Shown here: in pieces, positions 19,695 through 29,841 of the stretch
How positions within the stretch are numbered: the stretch's first letter is position 1
Layout of the letters: each line of letters opens with the position of its first letter
NCBI GenBank assembly: GCA_910587035.1
Contig: CAJUMQ010000012.1
Coordinates: 3,184-67,183 of the forward strand
Source: an uncultured Desulfovibrio sp.
GTDB lineage: Bacteria > Desulfobacterota > Desulfovibrionia > Desulfovibrionales > Desulfovibrionaceae
Length of the DNA stretch: 64,000 bases
Direction: 5' to 3'
Notes under the pieces: model-generated
Seen by the model: only the letters and a program-made list of their open reading frames with translations
Databases searched by the model: none
What the model was told of the DNA's origin: nothing
Program-made: the position numbers and the translations under genes

Positions 19695-19838
19695 TATAGC
19701 ATGTTCTCTTTGAAATCATCCTGCGGCTGAGCGCGGTCCGCCCAGGGATAACCTATCCGCGTAGCGGGATACTGCGCGCGTGCCTTTGTAATGCAAAGGC
19801 AGATAGCATGTGCCTATTTTCAATCGGCATGCGCCATA
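19695..19838 (+). repeat. Intergenic MITE-like repeat, copy B
   Basis: Ends tatagcatgttctctttgaaa / tttcaatcggcatgcgccata; 19811-19829 is the exact reverse complement of 52874-52892. Confidence 0.7.
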
Positions 19839-19993
19839 AATCGCCAGCTCTCTTGCGACCTTATTTTTCATCAGGTCTCTCCCATGCATGAACCATATGG
19901 ATATGGTGCCTGAAACTGTGAATATTGCAAATTTTGCCGTATATGTCTATGTATCTTGGGGATTATGACAAATCGGTTACTTACGGAGGGGTT

Positions 19994-20656
19994 ATGAAAG
20001 GTTTAGTGTGTGTTTTGACCCTTGTTGTCTCCCTGACTCTCGCATCCGCCTTTGCCAGCGCCCAGCCTGCGGCCAATGCCGATGTTGAGAAGAAGCTGAC
20101 TGAGGCATGGACGGCCTACAATATTGGCAATTACAAAAAAACCCTGAGCATTGTGGAGCCCCTGGCCGGAGAGGGAAATCCCCGCGCGCAGGTAATTCTT
20201 GGCCGATGCTATGAGAATGGTCTGGGGGTTAAACAGGATCTCGGCGTTGCCGCGCAGTGGTTTCAGCTGGCTGCGGAACAGAATTACCCGGAGGCGCAGA
20301 TCCTGCTGGCCTATGCCTATGAGGTTGGCGCCGGCGTGCCCAAGAATCCCCGCGAAGTTATGAACCTCATGACAAGGGCCGCGGAATCCGGCAATGCCGA
20401 GGCCCAGTTCAATCTGGCCCTCAACTACAGCCAGGGGCTTTATGGCGCGCCAAAAAATGAGCAGGAAAGTTTCCGCTGGGCCAGCCTTGCGGCGCAGCAG
20501 GGCTATGCTCAGGCAGAGCGCTTTTTGGGCGCATGCTATGAGTTTGGCTTTGGTGTAAATGCCAATGCGGAGCTGGCAGCCGAATGGTATGCCAAGGCTG
20601 CTGCCAAAGGATTAAGCCGCGAAGGCAGCATATTCAATTATGTCAAACAGTATTGA
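19994..20656 (+). CDS. Secreted Sel1-repeat (TPR-like) protein
   Basis: Signal peptide; four 'AQ..LG..Y..G.GV.......W...AA..G' repeats; GGAGG RBS. Confidence 0.9.
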   Translation: MKGLVCVLTLVVSLTLASAFASAQPAANADVEKKLTEAWTAYNIGNYKKTLSIVEPLAGEGNPRAQVILGRCYENGLGVKQDLGVAAQWFQLAAEQNYPEAQILLAYAYEVGAGVPKNPREVMNLMTRAAESGNAEAQFNLALNYSQGLYGAPKNEQESFRWASLAAQQGYAQAERFLGACYEFGFGVNANAELAAEWYAKAAAKGLSREGSIFNYVKQY

Positions 20657-20753
20657 TTGGCAAAACTGGCGGGATGTAAAGTTTTGGCTGGTGTAGAAAC
20701 TTGAAGGTCCCAGAGCAAAAAACGTGGTTTTTGGCTGATTCCCGTCACTTTTA

Positions 20754-20783
20754 GCGCCGTGCCAGATAGATCTGACACGGCGC
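20754..20783. terminator. Hairpin between convergent Sel1 gene and gap
   Basis: gcgccgtgccagat-ag-atctgacacggcgc (one mismatch). Confidence 0.5.
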
Positions 20784-20809
20784 CCTATTTCATTGCAGCC
20801 GGATCAGTA

Positions 20810-21811
20810 TCACATGCTTTTGGCAACCATCCGCACCAGCCGTCTGAGCTGGTTTGTGAAGCCGGCTTCATTGTCATACCAGATTAGCATTTTCAGCATT
20901 GTGCCATCCTGCACCTGGGTAGAGAGGGCGTCCACAACACCGCCATATGTTGAGCCGCGATAGTCAATGGATACCAGAGGCTCCTCGGAATAGCCGAGGT
21001 TCTCGCGCAGATATCCTTCGCTTGCAGCCTTGATGGCGGCATTGACCACGGCGGGGTCGCAAACCTTTTCCACCTCGCAGGTAAGGTCCACCAGTGAGCA
21101 GTCAAAGGTTGGCACACGCACGCTCATGCCGTTTATCCGCCCTTCAAGCTCCGGCAAAACAATGCCAACAGCCTTTGCGGCGCCAGTGCTGGAAGGCACC
21201 ATGCTCACTCCCGCCGTGCGGCCCCTTCGCCAGTCCTTGTGAGTGCCATCCAGTATGCGCTGGCTCATGGTGTAGGCATGGATGGTGGTCATAAGACCAT
21301 GCCTGAAGCCAAAGTTTTCATGAATGACCTTAACAGGGGGGGCAAGACAGTTGGTTGTGCAGGAGGCGGCGGAAATCACATCATGTGAGGCCGGGTCATA
21401 AATGTCCTGGTTGACACCCATGACAATGGTGGCATCCACCCCTTTGCCTGGCGCTGAGATTATGACTTTTTTTGCGCCGCATTCCAGATGTCTGGCCAGG
21501 CCGTGGCGATCCTTGATTTTACCTGTGGATTCCACCACAAGGTCCACTCCGAGCCTGTCCCACTGCCATTCGCCAAGAGGCTGTCTTGTCACCTTGATAT
21601 GCCTGCCGTTGACGATAAGACCGTCCTCGTCATGGGCCACTTCTCCTGCAAAGTGGCCATAGGTCGAATCATACTTGAGCAGATAGGCAAGAGCATCATT
21701 GCTTGCGCGGGCATTTATGGCGGTGAAGACAACATCCTCATCATCCGCCATCAGTCTCAGGAGATAGCGGCCAATGCGGCCAAAGCCATTCATTCCCAAT
21801 TTTACGGGCAT
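20810..21811 (-). CDS. gap: Type I glyceraldehyde-3-phosphate dehydrogenase
   Basis: NGFGRIGR, ASCTTNCLAP, STGAAKA, WYDNE. Confidence 0.97.
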   Translation of the reverse strand: MPVKLGMNGFGRIGRYLLRLMADDEDVVFTAINARASNDALAYLLKYDSTYGHFAGEVAHDEDGLIVNGRHIKVTRQPLGEWQWDRLGVDLVVESTGKIKDRHGLARHLECGAKKVIISAPGKGVDATIVMGVNQDIYDPASHDVISAASCTTNCLAPPVKVIHENFGFRHGLMTTIHAYTMSQRILDGTHKDWRRGRTAGVSMVPSSTGAAKAVGIVLPELEGRINGMSVRVPTFDCSLVDLTCEVEKVCDPAVVNAAIKAASEGYLRENLGYSEEPLVSIDYRGSTYGGVVDALSTQVQDGTMLKMLIWYDNEAGFTNQLRRLVRMVAKSM

Positions 21812-21841
21812 TTTTGTGTCCAGTGTTAAAAAATAAAAATT

Positions 21842-22768
21842 CTATGCCTTGCCGGAGGAACCCATCACATCATGGATCTTGTGGGCGACCATCTTCTTGA
21901 CGGCATCACGCGCCGGGGAAAGATAGGAGCGAGGATCAAACTGCTCTGGATGTTCGGCGAAGAACTGGCGGATGGAGGCAGTGAGGGCAAGGCGAATGTC
22001 CGTATCCACATTGATCTTGCATATGCCCATGCTGGCGGCCTTGCGCAGCATGTCTTCAGGCACGCCCTTGGCTCCGCCAACCTTGCCGCCATATTCATTG
22101 CAGAGTTCGACAAATTTCTGGGGCACGCTGGATGCGCCATGGAGCACAAGCGGATAACCGGGCATAAGGGAAGTTATCTTTTCCAGCCTTGGGAAATCGA
22201 GGGTCGCGTCGCCCTTGAACTTGTATGCGCCATGGCTTGTGCCAATGGCAATGGCAAGGGAATCGCAGCCTGTGCGATTTACAAAATCCACAGCCTGATC
22301 AGGATCTGTATAGACATGCCCTTCAGATTTCACATGCTCCTCAACACCTGCCAGCTTGCCGAGCTCGGCCTCCACCCAGACGCCACGCGGATGGGCATAG
22401 TCCACCACTTTTTTTGTAAGGGCCACGTTTTCCTCATAGGGGAGATGGGAGCCATCAATCATGACCGAGGTGAAGCCACCATCGATGCAATCCCTGCACA
22501 TTTCATAGCTGGGGCCGTGGTCCAGATGCACAACCACAGGCACGCCTGGATCCTCCTCCAGAGCTGCCTCCACCAGCTTCATGATGTAGACCTGGCCGGC
22601 ATATTTGCGGGCCCCCGCTGAAACCTGGAGAATAACCGGGGATTTTTCCTCAGCGGCAGCCCACATTATGCCCTGGACAATTTCCATGTTGTTAACATTG
22701 AATGCGCCGATGGCGTAATGGCCTTCATAAGCCTTGGCAAACATTTCCCTTGGTCCTACAAGCGGCAT
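21842..22768 (-). CDS. fba: Class II fructose-1,6-bisphosphate aldolase
   Basis: HLDHG, SVMIDGS, EAELG, GTSHGAYK, LHGASS, KINVDTD. Confidence 0.97.
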   Translation of the reverse strand: MPLVGPREMFAKAYEGHYAIGAFNVNNMEIVQGIMWAAAEEKSPVILQVSAGARKYAGQVYIMKLVEAALEEDPGVPVVVHLDHGPSYEMCRDCIDGGFTSVMIDGSHLPYEENVALTKKVVDYAHPRGVWVEAELGKLAGVEEHVKSEGHVYTDPDQAVDFVNRTGCDSLAIAIGTSHGAYKFKGDATLDFPRLEKITSLMPGYPLVLHGASSVPQKFVELCNEYGGKVGGAKGVPEDMLRKAASMGICKINVDTDIRLALTASIRQFFAEHPEQFDPRSYLSPARDAVKKMVAHKIHDVMGSSGKA

Positions 22769-22935
22769 GATTTCCTCCCTGTTGGCTGCGCGGCTGAACC
22801 CGCGGACTTTTCATTATGGCAGGCATCGGATTGTGTCTGCCAGGACTGTTTGTATCCATTATGTCAAATTCATGTAAAAAGCGCAAAGATATTATACCAT
22901 GTTTCGTCTGAAAACACGGAATACTTCATGCGTCG

Positions 22936-23886
22936 TTATATGTTCAGGGAGTGTGTGCGCCCCGCCGCAGTTATGGCTGCTCCCGCCTGTTCAATGCCCA
23001 CCCTGTTTTTATTGTCATATATGCTGTAAAATTCTGCTGCCTGGGGTGGAGTGAAAGATGGCATAAGAACATTTGCTCCGGCCATCAGCCCCCGCAACTG
23101 CCCCTGGTCGCGATCGACACTTGCAAGGGCTGTGGTAGCCGGCAAATTCAGATGCGGCAGGGCCAGGCGCAGTGTGGCCACAGCAGCCAGGGCAAGATCA
23201 GGACTGCCAGATGGATTGCCAGCCAGGGGAGTATTGTGCTGGCTGATGAATGGCCCAACACCGGCCATGGCGACGTTCAATTTCGCGCAAAGCCGTATGT
23301 CCTCAGCCAGTGTGGCCAGAGTCTGGCCAGGCAGTCCCGTCATGAAGCCACTGCCGGTCTCATAACCCAGGCGGCCAAGAACATGCAGGCATTCCAGCCT
23401 GTCTTTGAGAGAATAGCCTGGATGCAGCCGGTCATAGAGAGCGGGATCCGCCGTCTCATGCTTGAGCAGGTAGCGGCTGGCGCCATTTTTGCGCCACAGC
23501 TCATAATCCTTCCTGTCGCATTCGCCAACGGAGAGGGTCACAGCCACCCCAAATCTCATGACAATTTCACGGACAACCTCCGCAAGCCATGCCGGATCGC
23601 ACGCCCCTTCGCCAGATTGAAGCACGATGCTGTCCACACCGCTTTTCACTGCTATTGAGGCTGCATCGATAATATCATTTTGACTCAGGCAATAGCGTTT
23701 GAGCGAGCCGTTCTGGGCCCGCAGGCCACAATAGAGGCAATTGCGGCGGCAGATATTGGAAAACTCAATCAGGCCACGGACAAATACATGCGTCCCTTTG
23801 GCCACAAGCGCGGTTTCCCTGGCCTTCGCGCAAAGCCCGGGCAAGTCAGATTGCAGGAGACCAAGAATTTCATCCAGATCCATCAT
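22936..23886 (-). CDS. hydE: [FeFe]-hydrogenase H-cluster radical SAM maturase HydE-like
   Basis: RGLIEFSNICRRNCLYCGLR, VLQSGE, RYLLKHET, GPFI, PATTAL, AGANVLMP, YSIYDNK. Confidence 0.8.
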   Translation of the reverse strand: MMDLDEILGLLQSDLPGLCAKARETALVAKGTHVFVRGLIEFSNICRRNCLYCGLRAQNGSLKRYCLSQNDIIDAASIAVKSGVDSIVLQSGEGACDPAWLAEVVREIVMRFGVAVTLSVGECDRKDYELWRKNGASRYLLKHETADPALYDRLHPGYSLKDRLECLHVLGRLGYETGSGFMTGLPGQTLATLAEDIRLCAKLNVAMAGVGPFISQHNTPLAGNPSGSPDLALAAVATLRLALPHLNLPATTALASVDRDQGQLRGLMAGANVLMPSFTPPQAAEFYSIYDNKNRVGIEQAGAAITAAGRTHSLNI

Positions 23887-23976
23887 TTAAGTAATAAAAA
23901 AGTTGTTGCTACGTTTTTAAAAAAAATGCTACTAGAAAACAGGCATTAGCCAAAACAAAAAGGTAGGAAAAATATC

Positions 23977-24762
23977 ATGAAATCCCTGTTATCTTCAATG
24001 CTTCTTGCCACATTAGCTCTTCTTGCAGCCCCTGTCTCCTCGCAGGCCCATTTTGGGATGGTCATACCATCGGAATCAATGCTGGTCAGCAAGGACGGGT
24101 CGGAAGTAAATTTCGATATCGCATTTTCCCATCCTTTTTCACGCATGGGCATGGACATGGCCAAACCGGCCGATTTTTTTGTTTTTGTCGATGGTTCAAA
24201 ACACAGCCTCACAGCTGATCTCAAAGAGGCAAAATATATGGGCCATGCCGCTTGGAGAGCCACCTATACCATCAAAAAGCCTGGCGTATATCAGTTTGCG
24301 GTGGTGCCGCAACCATATTTTGAACAGGCCGAAGACTGCTTTATAATTCATTATGCCAAGACTGTTGTGGCTGCCTATGGCGCAGAGGACGACTGGGACA
24401 TCCCCCTTGGGCTGCCAGTGGAAATTATTCCACTCACTAGGCCTTTTGGCAATTATGCCGGGAATGTCTTTCAGGGGCTGGTTCTTGCCAATGGCAAGCC
24501 TTGTCCCGGCATAAGTGTGGAAATGGAAAATCTCAATAAAAATGGCGCCCACAAGGCCCCCAATGAATATTTTGAAACCCAGACCATAAAGACCGATGCC
24601 AATGGCGTTTTCACAGCCGGCATTCCCTGGGCTGGCTGGTGGGGTTTCGCGGCCCTGGTGGAAGGTGAAAAGAAACTGGAGCATGAAGGCAAGGCAAAGG
24701 ATGTGGAGCTTGGCGGGATTATCTGGCTTGATTTTTCGGCTCCAGAAAAAACCGGCAAATAG
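23977..24762 (+). CDS. Periplasmic DUF4198 (NikK-like) component of Ni/Co ECF transporter
   Basis: Signal peptide then 'AHFGMVIPS', 'FSHPF', 'PYFE.AED.FI.HY.K', 'EI.PLTRPFG', 'GWWGFAAL'. Confidence 0.8.
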   Translation: MKSLLSSMLLATLALLAAPVSSQAHFGMVIPSESMLVSKDGSEVNFDIAFSHPFSRMGMDMAKPADFFVFVDGSKHSLTADLKEAKYMGHAAWRATYTIKKPGVYQFAVVPQPYFEQAEDCFIIHYAKTVVAAYGAEDDWDIPLGLPVEIIPLTRPFGNYAGNVFQGLVLANGKPCPGISVEMENLNKNGAHKAPNEYFETQTIKTDANGVFTAGIPWAGWWGFAALVEGEKKLEHEGKAKDVELGGIIWLDFSAPEKTGK

Positions 24763-24774
24763 GGCGGATAAATC

Positions 24775-25413
24775 ATGCATATTTCTGAAGGCGTTCTTTC
24801 CGCTCCAGTCCTGATAACTGGCGCGGCATTTGCGTGCGCCGGTATCGTGGCCGGTCTCAAGCACATCAATAATGACAATCTTGTTGCCTGTGGCGTGCTT
24901 TCTGCGGCATTTTTCACAGGTTCGCTGATCCATGTGCCCATTGGTTTTGCCAATGCCCATCTGATACTGAATGGCCTGCTTGGTGTTATGCTTGGCTGGG
25001 CGGCCTTTCCGGCAATATTCGCGGCATTGCTGTTGCAGGCTGTGCTGTTTCAATATGGCGGTCTGACCACACTGGGAGTAAATACATTCACCATGGGGAC
25101 AGCCGCCGTAGTGTCCTGGTACATTTTCCGTTGGCTGTACATGCTTTGGCCAACCAGGCGCGGTCTAGCCCTGGCAGCCTTTTGCGGCGGTTTTTTGGGA
25201 GTGTGCATGGCATCGCTCTTGACTGCACTCGCGCTGGCATTTACCAATGAGGGGTTCAGGGCCGCCGCAGGCGCCCTGTTTCTGGCCCATTTGCCGGTTA
25301 TGGTGATTGAGGGCCTCATTACATCCTTCACCGTGGTGGTCATCGCCAGGGTAAAACCGCAACTTCTGGCCATTCCCGTCAGGCTTGGCCGGATGCAGGG
25401 GTATACAGCATGA
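24775..25413 (+). CDS. cbiM: Ni/Co ECF transporter substrate component (NikM/CbiM)
   Basis: N-terminal MHISEG metal-binding motif; GGLTTLGVN; 'H.P.M.IEG'. Confidence 0.9.
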   Translation: MHISEGVLSAPVLITGAAFACAGIVAGLKHINNDNLVACGVLSAAFFTGSLIHVPIGFANAHLILNGLLGVMLGWAAFPAIFAALLLQAVLFQYGGLTTLGVNTFTMGTAAVVSWYIFRWLYMLWPTRRGLALAAFCGGFLGVCMASLLTALALAFTNEGFRAAAGALFLAHLPVMVIEGLITSFTVVVIARVKPQLLAIPVRLGRMQGYTA

Positions 25414-26189
25414 GATCATATTATTCACACATGAAATGTGTATTTTTTGCCACAATATTCACTCTTGTGTTTGCAACCAGTGGCGAAGCCGCCGCCCACA
25501 GGCTCAATGTCTTCGCGTGGCTTGATAATGACAATGTGGTTGTGGAATGCAATTTTGGCAAAAACAGGCCTGCCATGGGCGCAACCGTCTCCATCTATGA
25601 CAGGGATACCAAAAAGGAGCTTGTGCAGGGCAAGACAGACAACAGCGGCCATTTTGCCTTCAAGGTCCCGCAGATCATTCGCGATGGTCATGGCCTGTCC
25701 ATTGATGTCAATGCCGGACAGGGCCATCATGGCACCTGGGAGATGGATGCCTCCGAGCTTTATTCCGCCGCGGCCCTGACTGCTGGTTTTGACGAGGCCA
25801 GAATTGAAGGCCAGCGTCTGGACAGCCAGGCTGCTGGAAAAAAATATCCCCGCTTCCGCACCGAGGCCAGGTCTGTTGAAAACAGCCCTGCTGCCACAAC
25901 CGAAGAAAATATTCCCTTGCCGGACAGGCGTTCCATGATCCCCACCCCACAGGATGGGGGAGGCGCTTCCCGGCCAGACATCGGCTATGCCGCACAGGGG
26001 GGCTATTCCCAGGGGCAAATAAGGGCCTATATAAGTGAAGCAGTGGAAAGCGCCATGGCGCCCATCAGACATGAGCTGGCGGCAATGGGCGCCCAGGGGC
26101 CGTCCATAACCGAAATAATCGGTGGCATTGGCTGGATCATGGGCATTGTGGGCATAATCCTTTATTTCCGCAGCAGGCGCTCAAGCTAG
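25410..26189 (+). CDS. NikL/CbiL-like auxiliary component
   Basis: Signal peptide, 'AHRLNVFAW', 'G.TD..G.F.F', 'AG.GH', C-terminal TM 'IGGIGWIMG..G'. Confidence 0.75.
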   Translation: MRSYYSHMKCVFFATIFTLVFATSGEAAAHRLNVFAWLDNDNVVVECNFGKNRPAMGATVSIYDRDTKKELVQGKTDNSGHFAFKVPQIIRDGHGLSIDVNAGQGHHGTWEMDASELYSAAALTAGFDEARIEGQRLDSQAAGKKYPRFRTEARSVENSPAATTEENIPLPDRRSMIPTPQDGGGASRPDIGYAAQGGYSQGQIRAYISEAVESAMAPIRHELAAMGAQGPSITEIIGGIGWIMGIVGIILYFRSRRSS

Positions 26190-26948
26190 TTGGCCCATGC
26201 AGGAGAGGGCGGAAAGTTTCCGCTCAACCTTGACCCGCGCTGCGTTCTGGTCAGCACTTTTTCGCTTTCGATTGTGGCTGCCTGTCTGTATAATCTGACG
26301 GCAGCCACTGTGGCGCTTTTTGCAGGCATTGTTCTGCTGCTTTACGCAAGACCACCCTTGCGGCATCTGGCGCGCAGGCTTGTGGCGGCAAATATTTTTA
26401 TAGCCTTCATCTGGCTTGTTGTGCCCTGGACAATGCCAGGCGCAACTGTCTGGCAGGCAGGCTTTGTGTCAATAAGCCGGGAAGGCATCCAGCTTTCCCT
26501 GCTGGCTACTGTCAAGGCCAATGCCATCATCTGCATTTTTCTGGCTCTTGCGGCTCCCCTCTCCATTGCCGGCTGGGGCAATGCCCTCAGAGGTCTGCAT
26601 TGTCCGGACAGGCTGATATGGATTTTTCTGCTGATGGGCAGAAATATATTTATATTGGGCAGTGTATGGCAAAACATGTATGCGGCTGCAAGATTGAGGG
26701 GATTCTCCCCCAGGGGTGGGCCGCGCAGCTGGCGCATACTGGCCAACATGCTTGCATTTTTGCTGATACGCGCAAGCGAGCGCGGCGAAAAAATGCGCGA
26801 AGCCATGCTTTTGCGCGGTTTTTCCGGCAAGCTGCCCTATGCCGGCCATTCCGCCATGGGCAAACGGGATGTGGTTTTTAGCCTGTTTGTCATTGCCATA
26901 ATTGCCTGTATGCTTTGGGTTGAATGTTTTTTCCGGAAGCCCGTTTGA
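26190..26948 (+). CDS. cbiQ: ECF transporter transmembrane T component (CbiQ/NikQ)
   Basis: LDPR, 'A.RLRGF', 'AM.LRGF.G' motifs; TTG start uncertain. Confidence 0.85.
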   Translation: MAHAGEGGKFPLNLDPRCVLVSTFSLSIVAACLYNLTAATVALFAGIVLLLYARPPLRHLARRLVAANIFIAFIWLVVPWTMPGATVWQAGFVSISREGIQLSLLATVKANAIICIFLALAAPLSIAGWGNALRGLHCPDRLIWIFLLMGRNIFILGSVWQNMYAAARLRGFSPRGGPRSWRILANMLAFLLIRASERGEKMREAMLLRGFSGKLPYAGHSAMGKRDVVFSLFVIAIIACMLWVECFFRKPV

Positions 26949-26974
26949 TCAAACGTAAAAATGCTTGGCCAGCA

Positions 26975-27652
26975 ATGAGTCGAAATATGCCCGAGCCCAT
27001 ATTCAGTGTGAAAGATCTGACCTTTGGATATGACAATGGCCACGTGGTTCTTGATGGAGTCAATCTGGCAGTATTTCCTGGCCAATGTCTGGGTGTGCGC
27101 GGATCCAATGGCAGCGGCAAGACAACACTGTTCCGCTGCATTACAGGTCTGGAAAAGCCAGGATCCGGTTCCATATGGCTTGGGGATCGGCAAATGCGGA
27201 GTGAGCGTGATTTTCGCGAGCTTCGTTGCCAGGTTGGCTATGTGCTGCAGGATGCGGATGATCAGCTGTTTTTTCCCACAGTCATGGAAGATATATCTTT
27301 TGGACCATTGAATCTGGGGCTGCCGGAAAAGGATGCTGCGGAGCTTGCCAGGGAATGTCTGGATCTTGTGGGTCTGTCGGGATTTGAAAACAGAATAACC
27401 CACCATCTTTCGGGTGGTGAAAAAAAACTGGTATCCATTGCCGCTGTGCTGGCCATGCGGCCAAGGGCAATTCTTCTGGATGAGCCTCTCAATGGTCTGG
27501 ACACCAAAGCCTGCAAATTGATTGCCGATATAATTGGCAAAATGGATTGCGCCCGGATCATCATATCCCATGACAGGGATCTTCTGACACAGGTCAGAGC
27601 GGAGTGTATGCTGCTGGAAAAAGGCAGACTTTCCCCTTTGCCAGACAATTAA
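26975..27652 (+). CDS. cbiO: ECF transporter ATPase (CbiO/NikO)
   Basis: GSNGSGKTT, Q.ADDQLF.PTV.ED..FGP.N, LSGGEKK, LLDEP. Confidence 0.9.
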   Translation: MSRNMPEPIFSVKDLTFGYDNGHVVLDGVNLAVFPGQCLGVRGSNGSGKTTLFRCITGLEKPGSGSIWLGDRQMRSERDFRELRCQVGYVLQDADDQLFFPTVMEDISFGPLNLGLPEKDAAELARECLDLVGLSGFENRITHHLSGGEKKLVSIAAVLAMRPRAILLDEPLNGLDTKACKLIADIIGKMDCARIIISHDRDLLTQVRAECMLLEKGRLSPLPDN

Positions 27653-27754
27653 TCCTTTTTTTGTATTTGATTTGCGCAAAAAAAACGGCTAAGCAATCAT
27701 CTGTCGCGCCCTTTGGGCAAATTGCAATATTCGGAATACCCATTATTCTGCGCC

Positions 27755-28699
27755 ATGACCTTTTTTCATGCCTTTTCCGGCGTTTTTAGCCTGCTTCTTG
27801 TTGTCGCTCTGGGTTTTTTTCTGGGCAGGGCCGGCTGGTTTCCCATGGAAGTCCGCAAACTCCTGCCCAAACTAGTTACAAATGTATCCTTGCCGCCTTT
27901 TCTGGCATGTACCATAATCTCTTCCTTTGAGCGCGGCAGCCTTGTACACATGCTCAAGGGGCCATTGATGCCCCTGCTGGCCATGTGCATGCTTTTTGTG
28001 GGCGCATATCTGATTGCCAGAATCATTGGAGTGCAAAAGAAGCATTTTGGGCTTTTTTGTGTTTGCGTATCCAATCCCAATACCATATTCATTGGCATTC
28101 CCGTAAACCAGGCGCTGTTCGGGCCGGAATCCCTGCAATATGTGCTGCTATACTATTTCGCAAGCACGTTCTTTTTCTGGACTGTGGGCAATTATTTTAT
28201 CAGCCGGGATGGCCAGGAGCGGGGAGCGGGTTCAAAAGCGGAAAAGTACCGCTTCCAATGGAAAAATCTCATCTCCGCGCCCATATTGGGATTTATCTGC
28301 GGGGTAACCATTGTTTTTCTCGATCTGGAGGTCCCGGGGTTTCTGTTTCGCAGTTGTATGATAGTGGGAGAAATGACAACGCCCCTGGCTCTCATATTCA
28401 TCGGAATTACAATAGAGGGGATCGGCCTGCGCAATCTGCGCATAGGCAAGGATGTTGTGGCCGCTCTGATTGGCCGCATGGTGCTTAGCCCTCTTCTGGT
28501 GGCTATACTCCTGCCATTTTTCGGGCTGCCGGAGCTGATGGGAAAGGTTTTTATAATCCAGTCATCACTGCCGGTGCTCATGGCCGTGGCTATTCTCAGC
28601 GCCTACTATGATACGGATCCGGATTTTGGCTCTGTAATGGTTTCCGTCTCCACCATGCTCAGCGTGATTACCATACCCATCTATATGATTTTATTATAA
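27755..28699 (+). CDS. AEC (auxin efflux carrier)-family transporter
   Basis: 'N.IFIGIP', 'WTVG', 'G.MTTPLAL..IG', 'ST.LS..TIP' pattern with about 10 TM segments. Confidence 0.85.
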   Translation: MTFFHAFSGVFSLLLVVALGFFLGRAGWFPMEVRKLLPKLVTNVSLPPFLACTIISSFERGSLVHMLKGPLMPLLAMCMLFVGAYLIARIIGVQKKHFGLFCVCVSNPNTIFIGIPVNQALFGPESLQYVLLYYFASTFFFWTVGNYFISRDGQERGAGSKAEKYRFQWKNLISAPILGFICGVTIVFLDLEVPGFLFRSCMIVGEMTTPLALIFIGITIEGIGLRNLRIGKDVVAALIGRMVLSPLLVAILLPFFGLPELMGKVFIIQSSLPVLMAVAILSAYYDTDPDFGSVMVSVSTMLSVITIPIYMILL

Positions 28700-28847
28700 T
28701 ATAGCATATTTATATTGAAAGAAAGCAAGCGCGCCTGGCCGCGATAGCGGGCGTGGTGGCCAATGGCGAGCAGCAAAGCCGCGTTTTGCTGTGAAGCGCC
28801 AGTCTGTAAGGTTGAAATTGGGACAATTTTAACTGATACATGCCATA
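28700..28847 (-). repeat. Intergenic MITE-like repeat, copy C
   Basis: Reverse complement aligns with 52582-52728 (aaattgtcccaatttcaacc..ctggcgctt.acagcaaa..gcgg.tttgctg); begins directly after the AEC stop codon. Confidence 0.8.
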
Positions 28848-28878
28848 TATTCATGTATCGTCTGCAGTGTGAGGATGT

Positions 28879-29841
28879 TCAGTGTCTATGGTGCCTGCCA
28901 GTGGCGGCGGGTGGAACCAGCAGCCGGAGAATGCGACGCCCCAGGCTTTTTGCGAGCTGGGCAGGGTGAAAGGATGTTGGCGCAAGTTCTGCCGGAATTT
29001 TGAAATCTCCAGCCTTAAAATCATCTGGCTGCAGCAATGGATATGCCACATTTGGTTCCATCCCGCGGCGCCTTAGCGCCATTTCCAGGGGCACCAGGGC
29101 AGGATCTATGTTTAGTGCCTGCAATATGCTTGCATCCAGGGCTGCGGCAGAGGCGGAAGCGCCAATCATATTGAGTGGACAGGGTTCGCCATTGACAGGA
29201 CCTGTCACGCTCATGGCCACAATGCCATCCGCAAACCCGGCCACAGGGGGCAAGGCAGCCCACAGCGCAGCCAGAACATCCGCAAAAAAATCCCGCTTTT
29301 GTCCATACCTGGCATGGACCAGGGCCTTGCGCAGCCCTGGCAGACAACCAAAACAGTTTTTCACAGTCATGGTGATACGCATCTGCTTGTGCGCCTTTAT
29401 TCTGGCGATGGATAGGATCATCTCACATTCCAGCGCGGTGGCCGAGATGGGCAGGGCAATGTTTCCTGGCAGTTCCAGCCGCGTATAAACAGGTTTTTTC
29501 AGGTCTTCGATCCCCAGTCCCAGCGGCCTGAGCAGCCGTGTCAGTCCAATGGCAGCGGCGACATTGGCGGCTCTGCCAAATCCTGGTGAATCCGCGACCT
29601 TGATCCTTATGCCATGCTCAAGCAGCCATTTGCAGATTTCGCAGACGACAAAAGGACTTGCGCAGGCAAGCTCCCTTGCCTGCAAAAGATTGGGCTTGAC
29701 CAGCACATGCATTCCCGATCTCAGGGGCAGGGCAGCGGCCTCAAGGGTCTGGCATATTGCCCTTACTGCATCAGGCCCCATGCTTTCATTGCAATTCGCC
29801 AGGGCTACGGGAATGGCTGCCGTGGGTTCAGGCTTTTGCAT
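28879..29841 (-). CDS. DUF362 domain protein
   Basis: VLVKPN, ADSP, K.H....T..VKN.FG, DGI.AM...GP..G; start set at MQKPEP overlapping the MFS stop. Confidence 0.8.
   Translation of the reverse strand: MQKPEPTAAIPVALANCNESMGPDAVRAICQTLEAAALPLRSGMHVLVKPNLLQARELACASPFVVCEICKWLLEHGIRIKVADSPGFGRAANVAAAIGLTRLLRPLGLGIEDLKKPVYTRLELPGNIALPISATALECEMILSIARIKAHKQMRITMTVKNCFGCLPGLRKALVHARYGQKRDFFADVLAALWAALPPVAGFADGIVAMSVTGPVNGEPCPLNMIGASASAAALDASILQALNIDPALVPLEMALRRRGMEPNVAYPLLQPDDFKAGDFKIPAELAPTSFHPAQLAKSLGRRILRLLVPPAATGRHHRH

Noticed and set aside
23887..23976. Cobalamin riboswitch upstream of the cbiM-like operon
   Set aside because: The spacer is only 90 bp, AT-rich and lacks B12-box motifs.
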